The notes under the pieces are model-generated. The model was not told the origin of the DNA and did no database searches. It saw only the letters and a program-made list of their open reading frames with translations. From Candidatus Culexmicrobium cathedralense (GTDB lineage: Archaea; Thermoproteota; Methanomethylicia; Culexarchaeales; Culexmicrobiaceae): a DNA stretch of 64,000 bases. Positions 49,984 through 59,938 of this stretch are shown here, piece after piece; position 1 is the first letter of the stretch, and each line of letters opens with the position of its first letter. The stretch is taken from NCBI GenBank assembly GCA_025061115.1, contig JANZKC010000001.1, positions 672,001-736,000 on the forward strand. Reading direction: 5' to 3'. Position numbers and translations under genes: made by a program.

Positions 49984-50085
49984 GCCGCGGTCGTCTAGCA
50001 CGGCCAAGGATATGGGCCTCTCGAGCTCGTGTGAGCTGCGCGGGGAAAGCCCAAGACCCGGGTTCGAATCCCGGCCGCGGCACCA
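49984..50085 (+). tRNA. tRNA-Glu(CTC) with 24-nt intron at 37/38 (50024-50047)
   Basis: GCCGCGG/CCGCGGC acceptor, anticodon CTC 50020-50022, BHB-compatible intron, T-arm, CCA. Confidence 0.93.
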
Positions 50086-50106
50086 CTAAATTTTGCTGGT
50101 TTATTG

Positions 50107-51018
50107 TCATGCGCTTAGGATTATTGGCCCCTTAATGTCGATTTTGGCAATTACTATCTTGTCTCTGCGGAAGTGCTTTGTGAATGCGTTGTATACGCTT
50201 TCCAGGTTTTCTTTGGGGGTTAGTGCGTGGATTGCTTCTCCAATCATGTTTTGGGTTGCTCCTACTGCTCCCGCTTTCTCGGCTTCCTGAATTGCTTTTT
50301 TGACTCTGCCTGTCATGAACCCGGATTTGATTGCGAACTTCTTGCATTGCTTCATGAAGTTTTCCGGCGTTGGTTCCTTCATGATGTGCCGGAGCGTTTC
50401 TTTACCCAGTTTTTTGATTTGTTGGAGTTTAGCTGGGTTGCTTAGTACTTTTTTGGTTGGTATTGGCCCGTAGGCTGCTGCTATGATGTAGTAGTCATCT
50501 GTGGATATTGGTATTCTGTCTACTATTCCTATTCCTGGCGCTCCTGGTTTTACTGCTATTCTGAAGCCTCCCCCTATTATTCCCGTCACTGTTCCTAGTC
50601 CTGTTTTGCACTGGAGGTCTGCTAGATGCGCTGCTCTTGCTATTTGTAGGTATGTCATGTTTAGTTTGAGGGCCTTTGCTAGGGCGAGCGCTATGGCTAG
50701 GGCGCTTGCTCCACTTGTGCCGAATCCGCATTCTATTGGGACTTGGATCTTCTGCTTAACGACGATCCTGCATGGCTCCAGGTTGGGTGGCAACATCAAT
50801 TTTACCAGCTTGCCTAATATGCATGAGTCAACTTTGACGTTGTTGATGTAGTTTTCCAGGGTTGTTTTCTCGGCGTTGAAGCTTATTTCTAGGTTTACTT
50901 GGACTCCGCGACTTATCGTGAACCCGCCTCCCCACGCTCCGCACTTCAATGGGTCTTTAACGATGTGAGGGGCGAAGAAGCTTGAGATTGCCGCAGGAGA
51001 GAATGTTTCCACGTTCAT
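50107..51018 (-). CDS. pok: Pantoate kinase (GHMP family)
   Basis: P..ISSFF, PIECGFGTSGA, AH.AD....TGLGTV, GAPGIG, QNMIGEAI. Confidence 0.88.
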   Translation of the reverse strand: MNVETFSPAAISSFFAPHIVKDPLKCGAWGGGFTISRGVQVNLEISFNAEKTTLENYINNVKVDSCILGKLVKLMLPPNLEPCRIVVKQKIQVPIECGFGTSGASALAIALALAKALKLNMTYLQIARAAHLADLQCKTGLGTVTGIIGGGFRIAVKPGAPGIGIVDRIPISTDDYYIIAAAYGPIPTKKVLSNPAKLQQIKKLGKETLRHIMKEPTPENFMKQCKKFAIKSGFMTGRVKKAIQEAEKAGAVGATQNMIGEAIHALTPKENLESVYNAFTKHFRRDKIVIAKIDIKGPIILSA

Positions 51019-51122
51019 TTCACATCTAGTTAATCTCGATTTTAATTATAACTTGATTGGTAACCTATGTTGAGATGTATGGTTATAGGATGAAGTTTTG
51101 TTATTATAGTTGGCGCTGAGGG

Positions 51123-51641
51123 TTACTGGTAATTAATTCGCTGAGTTTTGTAGTTTATAGGGTCTAGATCATTTGAATGCTCCTTTTCTCGGCAGTATTT
51201 TTGATGTTCTTGCAGTTGTTGGAGCTTGTCTTTTAATTGACCTATTTTTTCTTTGAGTTGCTTTGCCTTTTGGATTATTTGTTGTGTTGGTTCCTTTAGC
51301 CGTTCTATTTGGCTATCTAGTTGTTGGAGCTGCTTTTGCAGTTCTATTATTTCTGTTCCTGTCTCGTAGAAGTGCTTTTTGAAGTCTATGAGGAGTGCGT
51401 AGCTCACATTTCTCCTTAATATTTGGGTGAGATTCTCCCTTTGCTGGATTGTTTGCTGGATGTTTTGGAGCTTATCTTCAAGTTCCTCTAGGTTTTGAAT
51501 TATTGTTGGCAGTAGATCTTTCTTTATCTTTTCTAGTAGCTGCCTCTCTCTTTTCTCTACTCTTTCTATTGATAGGTACATGTAGATGAGTATTATTAGT
51601 GCTGCTAATACTACTGCTATTGTTGATGGCTGCAAATCCAC
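51123..51641 (-). CDS. Membrane-anchored coiled-coil protein
   Basis: N-terminal TM helix, Q/E/K-rich heptads. Confidence 0.65.
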   Translation of the reverse strand: MDLQPSTIAVVLAALIILIYMYLSIERVEKRERQLLEKIKKDLLPTIIQNLEELEDKLQNIQQTIQQRENLTQILRRNVSYALLIDFKKHFYETGTEIIELQKQLQQLDSQIERLKEPTQQIIQKAKQLKEKIGQLKDKLQQLQEHQKYCREKEHSNDLDPINYKTQRINYQ

Positions 51642-51756
51642 AATTAGTCTCCCACTAATTATTTTCTCTTTTTTCTCTTTACGTTATTGTTTCATCGTTG
51701 CGCTGATTTCGGAAGGTTTTATAGGAGCGCTTGTTTGATACTATTATGGTGATTCT

Positions 51757-52419
51757 GTGGATTTAAGTGAGATTTTGGGTGAGGCTTGGAATTTTACTGT
51801 TAAGCTTACTCACGATATTGGTAATTTAATCATATTATTTGTTTTGAATTTGATTCCCATAGTCAACTTGACGTTTGTTGGTTATTGCGCTAGGATTATC
51901 AGGTTGGGAGGCTCTGTTGATAGGCCTCCGAGGATTGATAGGTACCTTGAGGCTTTTATTGATGGGCTTAAGATATTCCTTGCCGTCATCCTCTATGCTC
52001 TTATACCTCTACTTATAGTGGTGGCTGCCGCAGCCCCAGTGATAATGCATTTAGGATTCCCCATGTGGCAGGCTTTTTGGTGGTATCATGCTCGCGTGTT
52101 CTTTATTGGAGCCATGCTTTTTGGCTCGATTTTAGCTAGTTTAATTGGACTTTTCCTCTTCATCTTCGGAGCCATGGGCATTGTCCACATGATTAAGACT
52201 GGCAAATTTTTGAAGGCATTCGCAGTAACTGAAATTTTGAGCTTGATCAGTGAAGTGGGCTGGGCCAGGTATTTGGGCTGGCTGATAATCATGTACATCC
52301 TCTCCCGCGTCGTCGTCAGCTTGAATAGCATCCACTGGATCGTCTTTTCGATAGTTAGCGTCTTCTACGCCGTTTTCGTTGCGAGAAGCGCCCACTACAT
52401 TTATCCAAGCAAGCCTTAA
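51757..52419 (+). CDS. DUF4013 membrane protein
   Basis: IPIVN..FVGY..RII...PP......FIDGLK. Confidence 0.8.
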   Translation: MDLSEILGEAWNFTVKLTHDIGNLIILFVLNLIPIVNLTFVGYCARIIRLGGSVDRPPRIDRYLEAFIDGLKIFLAVILYALIPLLIVVAAAAPVIMHLGFPMWQAFWWYHARVFFIGAMLFGSILASLIGLFLFIFGAMGIVHMIKTGKFLKAFAVTEILSLISEVGWARYLGWLIIMYILSRVVVSLNSIHWIVFSIVSVFYAVFVARSAHYIYPSKP

Positions 52420-52426
52420 TTAGCTG

Positions 52427-52879
52427 GTGGCTTCAAGGGTTTATTGGAGACTAATTATGAGTTGTTTTGAGAAGGAAGCTGAGCTTATAGGTTATCGTGG
52501 CATTTACTGCCGCTTATGCGACTACTTTACTGGCAAGATTAGAAATGTGGCTAGGCGAGCTTTGGAAATGGTTGAAAAGCATGGTGAGCTGAAAATTTTC
52601 GCAGAGAAAACCGGCGCTTTCAATTATGAGGAGCTGGTTAGAGGATTAAAGTGGATGGCAACAACATTAACTCCATGCATTGGCGGCTGTAGGGTCGATG
52701 GCGGCTGGGAAGCTTGCCCAGTTCGTAAGTGCCGTATTGATAGGAAGGTTGACTTCTGCTTTGAATGCAGCGAATTTCCATGCAAAATATTGGAGGAATC
52801 CTCTCCCCGAGCCGTGGATAGGTTGATGGAGATTAAAGAGCTTGGAATAGAAAACTGGATTAAAAGGCAGTTGGCCTGA
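52427..52879 (+). CDS. DUF3795 Cys-rich protein
   Basis: GIYCRLC, CIGGCR, CPVRKC, FCFECSEFPC; start probably ATG ~52457. Confidence 0.8.
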   Translation: MASRVYWRLIMSCFEKEAELIGYRGIYCRLCDYFTGKIRNVARRALEMVEKHGELKIFAEKTGAFNYEELVRGLKWMATTLTPCIGGCRVDGGWEACPVRKCRIDRKVDFCFECSEFPCKILEESSPRAVDRLMEIKELGIENWIKRQLA

Positions 52880-52893
52880 GTCATGGTGAAATT

Positions 52894-53166
52894 ATGATTG
52901 AGTTGAGCGAAAAATTGGTTGGAGCTTGTGGAATTTACTGTGGTTGGTGCCCATACTACGTAGTTGGAACTGAAGAGTTTAAGTGTGGAGGATGCTGGTC
53001 GAGGGAGAAGTGCGAAATTAGGGATTGCGCGGCTAGCAGGGGTATTAAGATATGCACCTTCTGCTCCGAATTTCCATGCCAGAAGCTTTACGACATGTAC
53101 GGCAAGATGGCCGAGTTCTTCAATCAAATTAAGAGGGACTTTGCAGGCGGAGTTAAGAGGAAATAA
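52894..53166 (+). CDS. DUF3795 Cys-rich protein (short paralog)
   Basis: CGIYCGWC, CGGC, CEIRDC, CTFCSEFPC. Confidence 0.82.
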   Translation: MIELSEKLVGACGIYCGWCPYYVVGTEEFKCGGCWSREKCEIRDCAASRGIKICTFCSEFPCQKLYDMYGKMAEFFNQIKRDFAGGVKRK

Positions 53167-53189
53167 CGTCGGTAGTCCTTTAACCTAGC

Positions 53190-53899
53190 TTAACTTATTT
53201 TCCTGCCAAATCCAGTTTGCGAGGCGCTGTTATCGTAGACTTCATCGACGTGAAATAGGTATACTGGGCGATCCAGCCTCCTTTCAGGAGGCGTGTAGTG
53301 ATAGGTGTCGTGAACTAGATTTACGAATTTATGGTAGATGTCTCCAACGTGAATTGTTATGTGGCCTTTCAATTCATAGCTAATGCTTGGAGGCTGAAAG
53401 AATACTAGACATGCCCTCCTGCTCCTTTGAAGTATGCTCCAAGTGTGTTTTGAAGAGCTGGAAGCCTCTTGGCAAGCTCTATTGTTGCCAGCTTCTCGAA
53501 GTCTAAGCGCTTCATAGCCTCCTTCTCTTCAAGGTAGATGTGCTTTAGCAGCAGCTTCAATCCCCTCCTGGAGTGATTCTCCCTGAAAGCTCTAACTTCA
53601 GATGGACTTTCAACTGCTTTCCTGTAAATTTCATCTGAGGCTTTGAGGTGCTCTTCGAAGTCTCTCAACGCATTCTCCATGTATTCTCTCTTCAGCACGT
53701 AGCCTATTCCAACGACCTTCCCATTAACTTCAACTTCACCTTGATCATTCACTGCCGCAGTGCATAGAATTGGATTGTGCTTAGTGAATTCTATGAAGAA
53801 TCTTGGGCCTGCCTGAATTTTTCCTTCAAGAATTTCTTCGAGCAATTTTCGCCTTGAAAAGTAATTCCACTTAAGGAACTCTTCAGGTAGCTTAACCAT
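53190..53899 (-). pseudogene. Pyridoxamine-5'-phosphate-oxidase-like split-barrel protein, frameshifted (~53460)
   Basis: MVKLPEEFLKWNY..., continues as HTWSIL...FFQPPSISYELKG...VDEVYDNS in another frame; GGAGGT RBS before ATG 53899. Confidence 0.6.
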
Positions 53900-53939
53900 C
53901 CGCAAGTTTACCTCCACTAGGATGCGGACATGTGGATGC

Positions 53940-53994
53940 GGCTCAGACGGTTGATCCTTCTTCACCATTCAGTGGGACTAGGCTCTTCATCGCC
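53940..53994 (-). ncRNA. Box C/D guide sRNA (dual guide; predicted target 16S rRNA 5' region)
   Basis: GGC-G-ATGAAGA(C)-GCCTAGTCCCA-CTGA(D')-ATG-GTGAAGA(C')-AGGATCAACCGT-CTGA(D)-GCC; canonical spacing, terminal stem. Confidence 0.9.
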
Positions 53995-54066
53995 AGTAGA
54001 AATATGGAGGCAGTGGCTTAAATTGTTAGCCGAGCTGAGCGTTAAGCTTCCTTCACTCGCTTAATT

Positions 54067-54702
54067 TCAGGCACGTACCTCTTCATTAACAGCGACCATG
54101 AAGTCACTGAAACCGAGCTGAGCGCCATGGCTAGCCCTGCAAGTGCAGGGTACAGCATCCCAGCCGCGGCGAGGGGTATGAGAATCACGTTGTACGCAAA
54201 TGCCCTTCCTAATTCCAACCATCACTGCAGTTGGAGTAGCTAATCCTAAGGCGCATGGGCATGCAACCACTAGAACCGCGACCGAAGAGAGAATTGCCTT
54301 CGCGAATTCTGTACCCATCAAGCTCTAACCTGCAAATGTCGCTATTGAAATTGCTATGACTATGAAGGTGAAGTAGCCAGCCACCTTATCCACCAACTTC
54401 TGTATTGGAGGCTTGCTCGCCAAAGCCTCCTCCACTAGGCTTACTACCTGCGCTAGAAATGCGTCGCTTCCAACTCTCGTAGCTCTAATTTTCAGCACGC
54501 CCTCCCTATTGACAGCCCCTCCAACAACTTCGTCGCCAGGCTGCTTCTCAACTGGAATTGATTCTCCAGTAACCATCGACTCGTCAACCGCTGAATGCCC
54601 CTCAATAACTAATCCATCAACTGGAATCTTCTCTCCAGGCCTAACTATGACTATGCCGCCTACCTGAATCATCTCGGTTGGAAGCTCAACTCCAACACCC
54701 AA
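54067..54702 (-). pseudogene. copA: P1B-type copper ATPase with large internal deletions
   Basis: [33 protein letters not shown], then a direct jump to [22 protein letters not shown]; DKTGT and N domain absent. Confidence 0.88.
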
Positions 54703-54776
54703 TCACTACATTAACATCGTTATGTTAAAAATTGAAAGTCAGTAAGATTAAGTTTTCACCAAATAGGCCAGTTAAC

Positions 54777-55367
54777 TTAAGAGTAGAATTCAGGGCTAAT
54801 CTTCCCAACCAACGCGTACGTTAAAGCAGCCTCCCAAGCCATTTGCCTAGTCAAAAGGCTCTTGGTTAAGATTCCAATTGCTCCAATCGTCTTCTTCGTA
54901 TCCCGCATTCCAGTTATGTCGTCGATCACTGGGCCCAATTCCTCCCCCCTTAAAACCCTCTCCACAACGATGCTGGGAAGCTGCATGTACACGCTCGACC
55001 CCAAGTAGAAATAGCCATCCCTATCGACGGCAGCGCACCAGCCCGTCAGAAACCACCTGCCGAACTTCCGCGCAATTCCCCCCTCCATTCCAATTCCAAG
55101 GTCAGCCTCAACAGCCTCTAAAGCTCGAACAGCCCTATTCTTGGCTCCCCTCACAATTTCCTCCTCACCTATGGGGGTGTGAGAAACACCCGACTCAACT
55201 TTGACCGGAATGACCTCGAAGCCATTTCCATAAATTCTCTTCACGACATTTCTGGCAGCTGCAATTTTAACTGGATTTGTGGAGCCAACTGCAATCCTCA
55301 CTTCAGTCACCAAACTAAGTATCAAAGAAGTGGTCAAAACAATTACTGTCGCCCCTGCTGGCTTCAA
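54777..55367 (-). CDS. yjjX: Inosine/xanthosine triphosphatase (DUF84)
   Basis: VGSTNPVK, SGVS, GAKNRA, GMEGG, GAIGILT; true start probably near 55310. Confidence 0.88.
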   Translation of the reverse strand: MKPAGATVIVLTTSLILSLVTEVRIAVGSTNPVKIAAARNVVKRIYGNGFEVIPVKVESGVSHTPIGEEEIVRGAKNRAVRALEAVEADLGIGMEGGIARKFGRWFLTGWCAAVDRDGYFYLGSSVYMQLPSIVVERVLRGEELGPVIDDITGMRDTKKTIGAIGILTKSLLTRQMAWEAALTYALVGKISPEFYS

Positions 55368-55587
55368 CTAAAGCTGAAATCTAACGCGGCTAATCTTCCA
55401 GCTTTACATCGCATTCATGCTCAAGAGATTTTAGGAGATTAATGGCTTCTTGCAATCCGCATTTCAATTCCCTTATTTCAAGTTAACCGCTCAACTCTAC
55501 TTAATTGCAGTTATTCCCAAACTGCAAAAGCTAAGGAAATGAGCGACGGAAAACTTATTGAGCTAAATACATTTAGAAGAATGAGGA

Positions 55588-55675
55588 GCGGGGGTGGCCG
55601 AGTCAGGTCAAAGGCGCAGGGCTTAGGACCCTGTGGCGTAGGCCTGCGTGGGTTCGAATCCCACCCCCCGCACCA
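55588..55675 (+). tRNA. tRNA-Leu(TAG)
   Basis: GCGGGGG/CCCCCGC acceptor, CAGGG-CT TAG GA-CCCTG, long variable arm, CCA. Confidence 0.96.
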
Positions 55676-55736
55676 AGAAGCAGCCTATCATCCACTTATA
55701 TGGAAAAATACCACTGGTATACGGGGAGGCCTTTTA

Positions 55737-56150
55737 ATGACTTCAAGTTCAAATGAATTGGCTAAAGCCTTAAAGGAACTAACTTATGAGCAGGAGTTTT
55801 TGCTGAAAGAGTTGACGAGTTAATTAAATTAATGAGGAATAAGCCACTGAAGGGAATCGAAGAATTTGTAAGCTTCTTCATGAAGGCATTTATACCGCAC
55901 ATGGATAATGAGGAAAATACGTTTTTCCCATCGTTTCAGGTTCGCACCCTGACAAGGAAAGCCTAGTGAAAGAATTGGCGGATGAGCATGAACTCCTCTT
56001 AGAGCAGTATAAGCGAGTAAGGAAAATCTAGCGGCTGGAAAAATCGTGGAAAGTGCAAAGACAGTGGAGGACATGCTTTACGTCCTCAAAGAACATGTAG
56101 ATAAGGGGAAGCCGCTATACCAGTTGATTCTGAAGAGAATTCTAAGGTAG
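55737..56150 (+). pseudogene. Hemerythrin (HHE) domain protein with stops and frameshifts
   Basis: Fragments FIPHMDNEENTFFP, LADEHELL, LKEHVDK in different frames. Confidence 0.7.
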
Positions 56151-56339
56151 AGGAGCGAATGAGCTTAACTCCCCAAAAGAAGAGGTAGTGCTGAGGCCTG
56201 CAAACAGCTAGCTTCCACTCTACGTGCAAGTCAAGTACATAATGGAGAGCTCTGCCGACCTATCAGAGCATTCGCAGCGAATTCCATGCATCTTCCTCAC
56301 ATGAACATTAGGGAAAATGGCTTCAGCCCGCTTCTTAAT

Positions 56340-56918
56340 AAGCAGGGGGTTGAAGGCAATTGATATGGGATGCGGAGAGGGAAGGGACTCAATTTTCTTG
56401 GCGAAAATGGGATTTACGTGACGGGCATTGATTTATCCTCCTTCCGCAGTGAAGCGTGCAAAAATGAGGGCTAATAGGGAAGAGGCTCCCACTAGATTTC
56501 TTGGTGGCGGATGTTGCAGAGATTCCAGTGAGAGGTAAGGTTTACGACTTAGCGATCAACATTGCATGCCTACAAATCATAATAGATCAAAACGTTAGAG
56601 ATCAGCATTTACGTGAAGCCTATATTGTGCTGAAGAGTGGAGGCATATACTTCTCATGCAACATTGGAGTTGATAGGTCAGTGACAATTGGAGAGCTTTA
56701 CGAAAGGCTTGGGGACCTTGGTCCTAGGAAGGTGAGAGTTCGAGGGGAGGAAAGAAATTTTACTGCCTATAATAGCTGCATGGCCAAAGACTAGGGAGGA
56801 GTACTTGGAGGAAGTTGGAAGGGCAGGCTTCAACGTGCTCAAATCTTATAGGGAGAAAACCGAGCCTGTTGGCAATTGCTGGATTCTTATTGCCATGAAA
56901 AAGCGGTATTCAAACTGA
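56340..56918 (+). pseudogene. Class I SAM-dependent methyltransferase with several frameshifts
   Basis: AIDMGCGEGRDSIFLAK, VTGIDLS, FLVADV, VLKSGG. 5' boundary approximate. Confidence 0.8.
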
Positions 56919-56961
56919 GAAAATTAGTTTTGCTTATGCTGAAGCCCTGGCAATTAGCTAT

Positions 56962-57702
56962 TTAGCCTCCCTTTAGAAGTTGCTTGCGAAGACTTCCCCT
57001 ATGTATTAGGATGTAATCTTTAGCGGTTTCCCCCAATTTAGCAGCCTCATCAACGCTCAAGTGTATTCCAGGAATGCCCTTGCCCTCAGTCCATGTTGCC
57101 TCCAAAATCGCCAAGTCTGCACCGCGAACTTCCTCCATGAGGTTGTTGCAGATCCCAGTATCACCGCTGTAGACTACCCTCAACCCCTTGTAATTTATCG
57201 TGTAGCCCATAGCCGGTATGGGCGGGCCAATAGGCTCGGTTTTCGTGCTTCCCCTGTGAAGGACTTTGAAAGCCTTAACTCTTAGTGGGCCAAGTTGAAG
57301 CTCCTCTTGATCCTCAACTTCTACCAGCTTTATGCTATAGGCAAGCTTTCCCCCTCTAAACTCCATTAATGTCTCAATAAAATGTCTGGCAACCAGTGAC
57401 GGCTTGGGAGTTAAAATGGTTAAAGGCTCCACTCTACCGTAAACGTGCATGTAATCCATGAGGGAGTAGAGGCCTCCGACGTGATCGAAGTGCTCATGGG
57501 ATATCAGTATTGCCTTCAACCTATCAAATTCCTTGGAATCGCGATAGTAATCCAATAGTAGGTCCCTTAAAGCACTGCAGCCGCAGTCGAGCAGCAAGTC
57601 AAAGCCCACGCTCTCCGCAGAAATAACAACTTGAGTTGCAATAGCTGGAATTGAGAAGAGAACCTTAACAGTTAAATCGCCTTTACGCCAGGAGGGAAAC
57701 AT
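56962..57702 (-). CDS. MBL-fold hydrolase, RNase Z/BN-like
   Basis: LLDCG, ISHEHFDHVGG, YSGDT, LEAT, H, LIH. Confidence 0.85.
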   Translation of the reverse strand: MFPSWRKGDLTVKVLFSIPAIATQVVISAESVGFDLLLDCGCSALRDLLLDYYRDSKEFDRLKAILISHEHFDHVGGLYSLMDYMHVYGRVEPLTILTPKPSLVARHFIETLMEFRGGKLAYSIKLVEVEDQEELQLGPLRVKAFKVLHRGSTKTEPIGPPIPAMGYTINYKGLRVVYSGDTGICNNLMEEVRGADLAILEATWTEGKGIPGIHLSVDEAAKLGETAKDYILIHRGSLRKQLLKGG

Positions 57703-57915
57703 CGAAAGCCCCAGAAGAGTAGTGCTTTGAAATATAAAAGCATTTTACCATGATGCTGAACCCATGCTTCAGGGAAGTTGAAGCACTAGTGAAAGCGAGG
57801 AAACCTTACGCCTAGAATTTATAATGCTTCAGCTAGATTTAATATTGAGCTTATTTAATTACAGAAAATACTTTAGGATGAAAGTTGAGTTGTGTATTGA
57901 GCAAGGTGTTACTTC

Positions 57916-59187
57916 ATGAGCGAGAAGTATAAGCGGAAGTACACGTTCGGAGAAGACTATGGAACCAGCTTCTATAAGTTCGGCCCAATAACTTTAGGCG
58001 AAAAGCCTGAAGTTGTGGAGAATAGGGGGTACTTCCCGGATAAGTCTTCGATGATGTATAGGATCATGGGGGTTCCAAGGGAAGTCATTGTCGGAAAGAA
58101 GCTGCCCCTCTACTTGGAGACTAGGGAAGACTTGTCCTCAAGATTAATCTACCCCATGAGGAATGGCGTGATAGGAAAGGGCGATGAAAAGGCTTGGAGA
58201 GTCATATATGAAATAACTAGGTATGGCTTGGAGATGTTTAGGCCCATCAGCCCCGACTTTAAGGGCTTCTACGTCTGCGCATCCCTCTCATCCGTTGCGC
58301 CTAGATACATGTATGAAAAGCTATTTGACATCCACAGGAGAATCGACGAGGAGACGCGATTAGTTAAAGCTGTCACGATAATCCCTCAACCATTAGCGGT
58401 GGCCATAGCTCATAAGGCTCCCACATGCGTAGTCATTGAAAGCGGACATGGAAACACCCAGATTTGCCCCATATCAAGATATCCAGTAAGAGGAGCGATC
58501 GTCGCATTGAATAGGGGCGGAGGCGACGCCGACGCCATAACAAGCCAAATACTATACGACGCTGGCTACGGAGACATCGCCAAGGAAGAGGCAATAGTGA
58601 GGAGAGTCAAGGAGGCCATTGGAGCCATCCCCAGAAATTTGGATGAAGCCATAAGAGAGGCAAAGAGAAAACCAGAGAAGTTCAGAGTTAAGTACAAGAT
58701 CCCGGGGACGCGAATAGAAATAGACTTAGAAAAAGACTCGTGGACTAGATTCCTAATTGGAGAGTACATATTCAACCCCAATAATGAAATTTTCGAAAGC
58801 TACTTCAAGAGGGGGCTACCCAAGCCCAAAGATGTCAAGATAGGCGAAGTACTATTTAAGGGAATGATAGACTTCGGAGAGGCAGTCATAGAGGCAGTGG
58901 AAAAATGCCCAATAGAGCTTCAGCCATACCTATACGAGAGGATACTGCTATCCGGAGGAAACTTCCAGTGGAAAGTGCCGCCGAAATTCGAGGATGTAGC
59001 TGTGGATGCCCCCACCAAGATAAAGCTCCTCCTCAAGGAGAAGGGCGTCGAGGAAGTAGTTGTGGAAATGGCGCCCGACCCAAAATTCAGCGTTTGGAAG
59101 GGATGCATAGTTTACGGCTACGCCGTCCCAGAAGATTACGCCTGGTCTTGGGATAAAATGGAGGGTTGGATAAAGCTCCATGATTGA
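57916..59187 (+). CDS. cren-1: Crenactin (archaeal actin)
   Basis: KYTFGEDYGTS.YKFGPITL, YPMRNG, PQPLAVAIA, ESGHGN, ALNRGG, WTRFLIGE, ILLSGG, SVWKG..YGY match recalled Pyrobaculum crenactin motifs. Confidence 0.93.
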   Translation: MSEKYKRKYTFGEDYGTSFYKFGPITLGEKPEVVENRGYFPDKSSMMYRIMGVPREVIVGKKLPLYLETREDLSSRLIYPMRNGVIGKGDEKAWRVIYEITRYGLEMFRPISPDFKGFYVCASLSSVAPRYMYEKLFDIHRRIDEETRLVKAVTIIPQPLAVAIAHKAPTCVVIESGHGNTQICPISRYPVRGAIVALNRGGGDADAITSQILYDAGYGDIAKEEAIVRRVKEAIGAIPRNLDEAIREAKRKPEKFRVKYKIPGTRIEIDLEKDSWTRFLIGEYIFNPNNEIFESYFKRGLPKPKDVKIGEVLFKGMIDFGEAVIEAVEKCPIELQPYLYERILLSGGNFQWKVPPKFEDVAVDAPTKIKLLLKEKGVEEVVVEMAPDPKFSVWKGCIVYGYAVPEDYAWSWDKMEGWIKLHD

Positions 59188-59938
59188 AGATATCCAAGAT
59201 AAATTGAGAACCTACTTCGCATCGGAGGGATATATAGAGAACCCCATCGAAGAATTTTCTGAGCAATATAAGCCGGACATGGCGTTTAGGAGGAGCCGCG
59301 AAACCCTATTTGTGTACATCATGGACCTGAGCTCGCTAAGCAGCAAAAGCGCTCTCCTCAAGAAAATCATGAGAATGGTCGCCGCAAAAAAGCACTGCAA
59401 CCTAATCTACGCTGCAGTTCCAAAGATCATAGCAACCACTCTCGACAGCGCAGCGCTGGAGGAGCATGGAATAGGAATGCTAATCGTCGATGACGATGTC
59501 CGCGAAGTGCTGCCTGCAAAATACAATGAGATGGAGGAGAGATCAGCTGAAGTTGAGGAAGTTGCAAGGAAAATAAGCGAGCTTGAAGCAAAAATTTCAC
59601 GCCTAGAGAGAGCCATTGCAAACATGGAAGTAGCAATCTCCAGAATAGAATTTAGCCAGCCGCAGCAGAACATCATAGGCGTAATCGACAGGATAAGCGA
59701 TCTTGAAAGGGAGCTGAGCAAAGTTAGGGATGAAATTCTGCTGATAAATCGAAGGCTAAACAAACTTGAAGAAAAGGTGCTTAAAGCTCCGAAAGCCAAG
59801 AAGCCTCCTCCCCCCATAAAAGCGCCTCAAGCGAGCTTTGAAATTAAAAAGGTCGCTGAAGAACTACCTTCATTCTTCAAGGATAATCCTTGGGTGAGCA
59901 TCCTCTCCTCGAGAGGTAAAAGCGTTGAAGAAGGCTGA
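59180..59938 (+). CDS. rkd-2: Arcadin-2-like crenactin regulator
   Basis: Directly after crenactin; globular N-terminus, coiled coil, Pro linker, C-terminal DNPWVSILSSRGK similar to the arcadin-2 crenactin-binding helix (NEWVKILRSKR as recalled). Confidence 0.75.
   Translation: MIEDIQDKLRTYFASEGYIENPIEEFSEQYKPDMAFRRSRETLFVYIMDLSSLSSKSALLKKIMRMVAAKKHCNLIYAAVPKIIATTLDSAALEEHGIGMLIVDDDVREVLPAKYNEMEERSAEVEEVARKISELEAKISRLERAIANMEVAISRIEFSQPQQNIIGVIDRISDLERELSKVRDEILLINRRLNKLEEKVLKAPKAKKPPPPIKAPQASFEIKKVAEELPSFFKDNPWVSILSSRGKSVEEG

Noticed and set aside
49919-50110. ORFs overlapping tRNAs (also 55539-55823 and 61490-61738)
   Set aside because: Spurious translations of tRNA genes; only the tail of 55539-55823 belongs to the hemerythrin relic.
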